Source: Thermoflexia bacterium
GTDB lineage: Bacteria; Chloroflexota; Anaerolineae; B4-G1; DUEL01
Reading direction: 5' to 3'
Length of the DNA: 64,000 bases
NCBI GenBank assembly: GCA_011192125.1
Contig: DUEL01000005.1
Coordinates: 1,512-65,511 of the forward strand
The notes below the pieces were generated by a model. It was not told the origin of the DNA, did no database searches, and saw only the letters and a list, made by a program, of their open reading frames with translations. Each line of letters starts with the position of its first letter. The first letter of the stretch is position 1. The position numbers were made by a program, and so were the translations under genes. This document shows, in pieces, positions 57,894 to 64,000 of this stretch.

Positions 57894-57939
57894 CCCCTAG
57901 ATATGGGGGTTTTTGGCTCTAAAGCCCCCATATCTGGCG
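57894..57939 (+). promoter_or_regulatory. Two NrdR-box-like imperfect palindromes immediately downstream of the -10
   Basis: CCCCTAGATATGGGGG and GCCCCCATATCTGGCG, 14-bp gap. Each resembles the NrdR box acaCwAtATaTwGtgt. Confidence 0.55.
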
Positions 57940-57969
57940 ATCTCCCACCCAAGGACAAGGAGTAGCGGG

Positions 57970-58422
57970 ATGAAGTGTCCCCACTGTGGGGCTGAACGCA
58001 GCCGGGTCATCGCCACCGACCATGATGCCCGAGGGATCCGCCGTCGGCGGGAGTGCCGCACGTGCGGGCAGCGGTTCACCACGCTGGAGCGGCCGATCCT
58101 CACCACCCCCCTGGTCGTGAAGCGGGACGGCCGGCGAGAGGAGTTCGACCGGCAGAAGGTGCTCTCCGGGCTGCGCACCGCCTGCGCCCGCCGGCCCATC
58201 TCCGCCGATGAACTGGAGCGGCTGGTGGACCGAGTAGAGGACCGCATCCGGCAGATGGGCAAGACCGAGGTCCCCAGCCGCGCCATCGGTGACATGGTGA
58301 TCGCCGAACTGCGAGAACTGGACCCCGTTTCCTACATCCGCTACGCCATTGTCTACCTGGGCCTGGAGGACCTGGAAGCGGTCCGCGCCGAGATCAATCG
58401 GTTGCTGGAAGCCGACCAATAG
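57970..58422 (+). CDS. nrdR: Transcriptional repressor NrdR
   Basis: Zn-ribbon MKCPHCG...CRTCGQRF and ATP-cone. Confidence 0.9.
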   Translation: MKCPHCGAERSRVIATDHDARGIRRRRECRTCGQRFTTLERPILTTPLVVKRDGRREEFDRQKVLSGLRTACARRPISADELERLVDRVEDRIRQMGKTEVPSRAIGDMVIAELRELDPVSYIRYAIVYLGLEDLEAVRAEINRLLEADQ

Positions 58423-58426
58423 CCGA

Positions 58427-58486
58427 ACGGCCAATGGCCCAACGGCCATCCTACGGTTGGTCATTGGGCCATTGTCGGTCATCACA
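58427..58486. other. Imperfect long inverted repeat between nrdR and nrdD
   Basis: CGGCCAATGGCCCAACGGCCAT ... ATTGGGCCATTGTCGGTCAT. Confidence 0.35.
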
Positions 58487-58596
58487 CCGGGATCAAACGC
58501 GCCAACACCGTCGCAGGGATGTGGAGAACGCGAGGGAACCATCTCAACGCTACGTTCTCCGTGTCCCTGTGGTGAAAGACCTCAGCGAGGCACAAA

Positions 58597-61500
58597 ATGA
58601 GCATAGAAAAGGTCATCAAACGGGACGGGACCACTGTCCCTTTCGACCGAAAACGGATCGAAAACGCCATCTACGCCGCCGCCCGGGCGGTGGGCAGCGG
58701 AGAGGGCCGCCAGTGGGCGGAAACCCTCTCCTGGGCGGTGACGGGCCTCTTGGAGGAGCGGTTCGGCCGCAACGGCTACACTCCCCACGTCGAAGAGATC
58801 CAGGACATCGTGGAGGAGGTACTGATCAAGTCGGGTAACCCCCGCGTCGCCAAGGCCTACATCATCTATCGGCAGAAGCGGGCCGAGGCGCGGGAGGCCC
58901 AACGGATCATGCTGGATGCGGAGAAGTTGGTGGACGACTACCTCCGCCGGGCCGACTGGCGGGTCAACGAGAACAGCAACATGAACTACTCCCTCCAGGG
59001 GCTCAACTTCTACCTGGCCTCCTCCATCGCCGCCCGGTACTGGCTGCAGAAGATCTACCCACCGGAGGTTCAGTCCGCCCACGTCGAAGGGGATCTGCAC
59101 ATTCACGACCTGGGGATGCTCTCGGTCTACTGCTGCGGGTGGGATCTGCTGGACCTCCTGATCCAGGGGTTCGGCGGGGTGCCGGCCAAGATCGAGAGCA
59201 AGCCACCCCGCCACCTCCGCACCGCGCTGGGCCAACTGGTCAACTTCTTCTACACTCTCCAGGGCGAGGCGGCCGGCGCGGTCGCCGTCTCCAACTTCGA
59301 CACCCTCCTCGCCCCCTTCATCCGGTACGACGGGCTGGACTATCCCCAGATCAAGCAGGCGATGCAGGAGTTCGTCTTCAATATTAACGTGCCCACGCGG
59401 GTGGGATTCCAAAGTCTGGTATGGGACGAACTGGTGGTGATCCGACGCAATGGGCGGATCGAGGTCACCGAGATCGGCCGGTTGGTGGACGAACAGTTCG
59501 AACGCAACAAACACCGGGTGCTCAGTCAGGGGAACGGCAGCTTCGCCGTCCCCAACGTTGACGACATTCAAGCGCTGGCGTTCGACGAGACAGGACACGT
59601 GGTATGGGCACCGGTCAAAGCGTTTGTGCGTCACAAGGTACCCAAAGACGCTCCCTTCGTGCGCGTGCGGACCAGCCGGGGAACGGCAAGCGTCTCGTGG
59701 GCCCATTCGCTCTTCGCCTTCCAGAGCCTCAACGGCCGGTTCGATCCACGCCCCATCGCCGCCAGCGAGGTGGAAACCGCTCACGGCAACGCCAAGATAA
59801 CCCCTGAGAACCATTTTATCGCCGTGCGCCGCGTGCCCAACACGGGGAGCCGGGATAGCCTCGACCTGGCCGAACTGATCGATGCCGTGCCTCAGATCGC
59901 CGCACGAGCCCGTGTCCGCGTACCCAACCCTGCCCAGGCCGTCGAGCGCTTGCGGCAACGGGTACGGGAGACCTTCGGCGGTTTCACCCCCTTCTATCTG
60001 GAATACGGTATCAAGGACAAAGGATGCTGGAGGCGGTGGTCAGAAGGCGGTTCCCTTCCCTACCTTGTCTGGCGAGCGTTGGGAGAAGACGAACCGGAGG
60101 CCGAGTTCGCGCTGCGTAACAGTGTATTATGGTACCCCCGCTCCCTGCAAGGAGAATCCCTGGAAGCGTTCGTCCGCCTGCTGGCCTGGTACATCACCGA
60201 AGGCCACAATGACATCACCAACGGTCTCTACATCTCTCAAGCACGAGGTGGAGACCAGGAAGAGATGACCCAGGTGATGGGTACGCTGAAAGCACTGGGA
60301 CGTGTGGAGGAGGCCAAAGGATGGTCCGCCAAAGGAAATCCTACCCAGACCGTCCTCCGGATGGCGGGCAAAGGGCTTCTAGCGGCGCTGATCGGGTATC
60401 TGGGTGGGACCTACAGCACCAACAAGCAGATCCCCTGGTTCGTGTACGAACTGACCCCCACCTTGCAGGAAACGTTTATCGCAACGCTGATGCAGGGTGA
60501 TGGAAGCGAGTACGCGGATCATTTCGACTACCATACCACCTCTAAGAAACTCAGCCTGGGCCTCAGCCTGCTCCTGGCGATGAACGGCTACAAGTTCAGC
60601 GTGTACGAGGTCGCCTACGAGCGGGAAAACTGGAACGACCAATACATCGTCCGGGTCTACAAGGACAAAGAAGCACCTGAGCGCTACGCCATTGGGGATC
60701 TGACAGCACGGATCTGTATCGACCGGGATCCCTTCACTTATGATCGGGAGTACGAATACGACCTGAGCGTGGATGTCAGCCTGGAGAACTTTGTCGGCGG
60801 GAGCGGACTTCTTTGCTTCCACAACACCCCGTTCACCAACATCACGATGGATCTCACTCCCCCCTCTACCCTCAAAGACCTCCCGGTCATCATCGGCGGG
60901 GAGCCGCAGGAGGCGACCTACGGGGAGTTCCAGCGGGAGATGGACCTCCTGAACCGTGCCTTCGCGGAGGTGATGCTGGAGGGGGACGCGAAGGGGCGCG
61001 TCTTCACGTTCCCGATCCCAACCTACAACGTCACCGCCGACTTCGACTGGGACAACCCCAACCTGGAGCCGGTCTGGGCGATGACCGCCCGGTACGGCAT
61101 CCCCTACTGGGCCAACTTCATCAACAGCGATATGCGGCCGGAGGACGCCCGCTCGATGTGCTGCCGCCTCCGGCTGGACACCCGCGAACTCCACAAGCGG
61201 GTCGGCGGGCTCTTCGCCGCTGCCCCCCTCACCGGCTCCGTCGGCGTGGTCACCATCAACCTCCCCCGCCTGGGCTACCTCTCCCGCGACGAGCGGGAGT
61301 TCCGCCACCGGCTGGAACGGCTGATGGAGATCGGCCGCACCAGCCTGGAGATCAAGCGTAAGATGCTGGAGCAACTGACCGAACAGGGCCTCTACCCCTA
61401 CAGCCGTCACTACCTGCGGGGGGTCAAGCAACGGACCGGTCATTACTGGACCCACCACTTCTCCACCATCGGCCTGATCGGCATGCACGAGGCCTGCCGG

Positions 61501-62034
61501 AACCTGCTGGGGGTGGGAATCGACCATCCGGATGGAAAAGCGTTCGCCATTCGGACCCTGAAGTTTATGCGAGAGGTGCTGGCCCGGTTTCAGAAAGAGA
61601 CCGGCCACCTCTACAACCTGGAGGCCACCCCAGCGGAGGGGGCCTCCTTCCGGCTGGCGAAGGCGGACAAGGAGCGGTTCCCGGACATCATCACCTCCGG
61701 CACCGAGACCGCCCCTTACTATACAAACTCCACCCACCTCCCCGTCTCCTTTACCGACGACCTGTTCGAGGTACTGGAGCACCAGGACGACCTGCAGACG
61801 CTCTACACCGGCGGGACGGTGGTTCACATCTTCCTGGGCGAGCAGTTGGACGACTGGCGACAGGCGCGACGGCTGGTGCGGGTGGTGGCGGAGAACTTCC
61901 GCCTCCCCTACTTCACCCTCACCCCCACCTTCAGCATCTGCCCGGTCCACGGCTACATCCCCGGCGAGCACCCCTTCTGCCCCTACGACCACACGCCGGA
62001 GGAACTGGAGCGATTCGGGCTGCGGGTGGGGTGA
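58597..62034 (+). CDS. nrdD: Anaerobic ribonucleoside-triphosphate reductase NrdD (class III) with ATP-cone, interrupted by an intein. The C-terminus ends at ...LRVG, immediately at the expected glycyl-radical motif.
   Basis: ATP-cone N-terminus. NrdD blocks FNINVPTRVGFQ | intein | TPFTNITMD, and CCRLRLDTREL. C-terminal Zn-site region FSICPVHGY...CPYDH. 1145 aa versus about 700 aa for a typical NrdD. Confidence 0.85.
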   Translation: MSIEKVIKRDGTTVPFDRKRIENAIYAAARAVGSGEGRQWAETLSWAVTGLLEERFGRNGYTPHVEEIQDIVEEVLIKSGNPRVAKAYIIYRQKRAEAREAQRIMLDAEKLVDDYLRRADWRVNENSNMNYSLQGLNFYLASSIAARYWLQKIYPPEVQSAHVEGDLHIHDLGMLSVYCCGWDLLDLLIQGFGGVPAKIESKPPRHLRTALGQLVNFFYTLQGEAAGAVAVSNFDTLLAPFIRYDGLDYPQIKQAMQEFVFNINVPTRVGFQSLVWDELVVIRRNGRIEVTEIGRLVDEQFERNKHRVLSQGNGSFAVPNVDDIQALAFDETGHVVWAPVKAFVRHKVPKDAPFVRVRTSRGTASVSWAHSLFAFQSLNGRFDPRPIAASEVETAHGNAKITPENHFIAVRRVPNTGSRDSLDLAELIDAVPQIAARARVRVPNPAQAVERLRQRVRETFGGFTPFYLEYGIKDKGCWRRWSEGGSLPYLVWRALGEDEPEAEFALRNSVLWYPRSLQGESLEAFVRLLAWYITEGHNDITNGLYISQARGGDQEEMTQVMGTLKALGRVEEAKGWSAKGNPTQTVLRMAGKGLLAALIGYLGGTYSTNKQIPWFVYELTPTLQETFIATLMQGDGSEYADHFDYHTTSKKLSLGLSLLLAMNGYKFSVYEVAYERENWNDQYIVRVYKDKEAPERYAIGDLTARICIDRDPFTYDREYEYDLSVDVSLENFVGGSGLLCFHNTPFTNITMDLTPPSTLKDLPVIIGGEPQEATYGEFQREMDLLNRAFAEVMLEGDAKGRVFTFPIPTYNVTADFDWDNPNLEPVWAMTARYGIPYWANFINSDMRPEDARSMCCRLRLDTRELHKRVGGLFAAAPLTGSVGVVTINLPRLGYLSRDEREFRHRLERLMEIGRTSLEIKRKMLEQLTEQGLYPYSRHYLRGVKQRTGHYWTHHFSTIGLIGMHEACRNLLGVGIDHPDGKAFAIRTLKFMREVLARFQKETGHLYNLEATPAEGASFRLAKADKERFPDIITSGTETAPYYTNSTHLPVSFTDDLFEVLEHQDDLQTLYTGGTVVHIFLGEQLDDWRQARRLVRVVAENFRLPYFTLTPTFSICPVHGYIPGEHPFCPYDHTPEELERFGLRVG
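59413..60825 (+). mobile_element. Intein (about 471 aa) inserted in NrdD, with LAGLIDADG-like homing-endonuclease blocks
   Basis: Begins with Ser right after the conserved GFQ and ends ...CFHN followed by +1 Thr resuming the conserved PFTNIT. Internal LAGLIDADG-like blocks LLAWYITEGHNDITNG and FIATLMQGDGS. Confidence 0.65.
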
Positions 62035-62076
62035 GCCCCACGCGATCTAGCCCGAAGAGAACGAGGAGAAAGACAG

Positions 62077-62361
62077 ATGGCCGAAGAGGTCAAGGGATTT
62101 CCTATCGTCGCACGGGTGATCAGGCAGGAGGGCCACTGCGCCGCAGGCCATAAGGTAGGGGACGAGGTGGTCTTCGACGGGCTGACCGTGCGGGGGAAGA
62201 TCTGCATCAGCGCGCTCTACAGCATGCTCCCCAAGGTCTTCGCGATGCACTACGGAGCCCAGTTCCCGTGGCTGGAGGACCCCGACGTCGCCACCCACGC
62301 CTGCCCGGACGCCTGGAACCCCGTGGTGTTCGAGATCCGCCGCATCCGAGAGGAGGAGTGA
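62077..62361 (+). CDS. Small conserved Cys/His-containing protein (94 aa; possibly a TIGR04076-like family)
   Basis: RBS AGGAG 8 nt upstream. Conserved-looking C/H: EGHCAAGHKVGDEV...ICISALYSMLP...HACPDAWNP. In the same frame as nrdD, 14 codons after its TGA. Confidence 0.55.
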   Translation: MAEEVKGFPIVARVIRQEGHCAAGHKVGDEVVFDGLTVRGKICISALYSMLPKVFAMHYGAQFPWLEDPDVATHACPDAWNPVVFEIRRIREEE

Positions 62362-62362
62362 G

Positions 62363-62920
62363 TTGCCGCTGATCGAGTCCTACCGGCTGCAATTCGACCT
62401 CTCCCCCCACAGCGGCGAGGAACTGGAATACGAGGCGATCGCCCACCTGCCGGTGGACATTTCGGAGGTACTTCCCTATCTCAACACGGTGCTCGGTCGG
62501 GGGGTCTACCTCCCCGACGAACCCGCTCTCTCTTGGCGGCATGAGGGTCGCAACATCGGCTTCTGGCCCGATCGGATCGCAGTAGACCACCTGAAGGACC
62601 GGGACGAGGCCCGACAGGTGATCGAGGAACTGATCGCGCTGGTCAATCGGGTGTGGGATCAGCGAGACGAGATCAAGCCGGATACGACCACCCACCAGTA
62701 CCTGCAACCGCTGGAGGTGTACAAACTGCTCCCGCAGACGAACTGCGGTACGTGCGGCGAGAAGGGGTGCTTCCCCTTCGCCGTCAAACTGGCAGCCGGC
62801 GAGGTCGCGGCGGAGTCGTGCCGTCCTTTGTTCGAGGAGCCGACCTACACGGAGCGATTGGAGCAACTACAGACCCTCCTCGCCGCCAAGTGGCCGTCGT
62901 TGCAGAAAGACGTGCTATGA
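62363..62920 (+). CDS. Fe-S domain protein (C-terminal PF04060-like putative 4Fe-4S domain as in RnfB/CFeSP N-termini). TTG start translationally coupled to the upstream ORF.
   Basis: LLPQTNCGTCGEKGCFPFAVKLAAGEVAAESCRP; RBS AGGAGGAG; TTG 2 nt after the upstream TGA. Confidence 0.55.
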   Translation: MPLIESYRLQFDLSPHSGEELEYEAIAHLPVDISEVLPYLNTVLGRGVYLPDEPALSWRHEGRNIGFWPDRIAVDHLKDRDEARQVIEELIALVNRVWDQRDEIKPDTTTHQYLQPLEVYKLLPQTNCGTCGEKGCFPFAVKLAAGEVAAESCRPLFEEPTYTERLEQLQTLLAAKWPSLQKDVL

Positions 62921-63609
62921 TAGAGAAGACCGTCCACGTGCATCCCATCCCTTTGAGGGTGGCCTGTGCCTATCTGATCACGTCGGACGACGGCACCGTG
63001 CTGGTCGACGCCGGGGCACCCCGCCAGGAGCGGACCATCCTCCAATACCTGGCACAGTTCGGGGGAGGCGACCTGCGGCTGATCTTCATCACCCATGCCC
63101 ACTTCGACCACTACGGGAGCGCGGCGGCGATCCGCCGAGCGACCGGCGCGCCAATCGCTGTCCACGAGGCCGACCGAGACCCGATGGCCCGGGGGGAGAC
63201 GCCCATCGGGACCGCCCGCGGCTACGGCCGCCTGACCTTCCTGCTGGCACCGCTCATCGACAGGTGGTTCCAGCCCGAACCCACCGAAGCCGACGTGGTC
63301 CTGGAGGACGGGGAAGACCTGACCCGCTTCGGCATCCCCGGCCGGGTGGTCCACACGCCTGGACACACCTTCGGCTCCTCCACCCTCCTCCTTGACGACG
63401 GCACCGCCTTCGTCGGCGACCTGGTGGCGACGGTGGTGAGGCCCCGCCTGCAACACCTCTACGCGCAGGATTGGGACCTTCTCCAGCGGAGTTTAGAGCG
63501 GCTGGCGGAACTGGCCCCGAAGCGGGTGTACCCCGGCCACGGCCGTCGCCCCCTTGACGGTTCGACGTTCCAACGACTGGTAGCCAACCGAAATGGAGCC
63601 CGGAGGTAG
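62917..63609 (+). CDS. MBL-fold metallo-hydrolase
   Basis: HxHxDH motif ITHAHFDHYG, plus the downstream His/Asp ligands (HTPGH). Confidence 0.75.
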   Translation: MIEKTVHVHPIPLRVACAYLITSDDGTVLVDAGAPRQERTILQYLAQFGGGDLRLIFITHAHFDHYGSAAAIRRATGAPIAVHEADRDPMARGETPIGTARGYGRLTFLLAPLIDRWFQPEPTEADVVLEDGEDLTRFGIPGRVVHTPGHTFGSSTLLLDDGTAFVGDLVATVVRPRLQHLYAQDWDLLQRSLERLAELAPKRVYPGHGRRPLDGSTFQRLVANRNGARR

Positions 63610-63612
63610 GGT

Positions 63613-64000
63613 ATGGCGAAGTACTTCGTGTTGGTGGCCGGCAACATCGGCGTGGGGAAGACCTCCCTCACCGAGCGGATCGGTGCACGGCTGGGCTGGC
63701 GCACCGCCTTCGAATCGGTCAGCGACAACCCCTACTTGGCCGACTTCTACGCCGACATGCGGAAGTGGTCCTTCCACCTCCAGATCTTCTTCCTCGGCCA
63801 CCGCGCCCGCCAGCACTGGGAACTGGCAACCGCACCGGAGTCGGCCATCGCCGACCGCAGCATCTACGAGGACGCCCACATCTTCGCCCGCGCGCTCCAC
63901 CATATGGGCAACCTCAGCGAGCGGGACTACCTGGCCTACCGCACCGTCTTCGACCTGGTGGTGGAGGGGTTGCCCCGGCCCGACCTCCTCATCTACCTCA
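63613..64000 (+). CDS. Deoxynucleoside kinase (3' partial at window end)
   Basis: P-loop VAGNIGVGKTSL and the E.S/DRS motif (IADRSIYED) of the dNK/dCK/dGK family. Confidence 0.75.
   Translation, partial: MAKYFVLVAGNIGVGKTSLTERIGARLGWRTAFESVSDNPYLADFYADMRKWSFHLQIFFLGHRARQHWELATAPESAIADRSIYEDAHIFARALHHMGNLSERDYLAYRTVFDLVVEGLPRPDLLIYL

Noticed and set aside
62032-62361. Programmed TGA read-through fusing NrdD to the downstream 94-aa ORF (same frame, 14 codons apart)
   Set aside because: The downstream ORF has its own well-placed AGGAG RBS and ATG. Same-frame placement has a 1/3 chance expectation. There is no SECIS-like or recoding signal. This is kept only as a remark under the NrdD C-terminus finding.

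Overview
High-GC bacterial chromosome segment. The gene content and regulatory RNAs look Chloroflexi-like, but that is an inference, not a match. Most of the window is housekeeping.

Main gene blocks:
- The nusA–ylxR–infB–rbfA–nrnA–truB–ribF operon.
- A run of minus-strand genes: PNP, queA, ruvB, a peptide-ABC binding protein, secG, thrS.
- A glycolysis/acetate block: pyruvate kinase, enolase, a Pta-N-like DRTGG protein, ADP-forming acetyl-CoA synthetase.
- ftsK, a PEP-synthetase regulatory kinase and mutS, then Moco-related xdhC and moeB.
- nrdR followed by a class III anaerobic ribonucleotide reductase (nrdD), and a deoxynucleoside kinase at the window edge.

The unusual content is concentrated in a few places:
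- A tandem glycine riboswitch on the minus strand, with its own sigma70-like promoter and an intrinsic terminator. It precedes an operon of a class-V aminotransferase, a short SerA-like dehydrogenase, a membrane protein and a DUF1015 protein.
- A 1098-aa fusion of serine hydroxymethyltransferase with a glycine-cleavage T-protein (aminomethyltransferase), lying convergent to that operon. It sits beside a P-loop kinase-fold protein, a hydroxypyruvate/glyoxylate reductase and a lipoate-protein ligase. Together these look like a compact glycine/serine/glycerate conversion module under glycine control.
- NrdD carries a roughly 471-aa intein with LAGLIDADG-like blocks. Its C-terminus appears to stop right at the expected glycyl-radical motif, and no NrdG activase is adjacent. 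Two small translationally coupled Cys-rich/Fe-S proteins follow instead.
- A T-box (Thr) leader upstream of thrS, with overlapping divergent promoters.
- NrdR boxes overlapping the nrdR promoter.
- Three families of dispersed intergenic repeats: a palindromic CACAGAG-type element (12 copies), a two-hairpin element of about 90–130 bp (3 copies), and an ATTCGTG-repeat palindrome.

The window starts inside a phage-tail-fibre-like Gly-rich repeat protein. No tRNA, rRNA or CRISPR array was found.
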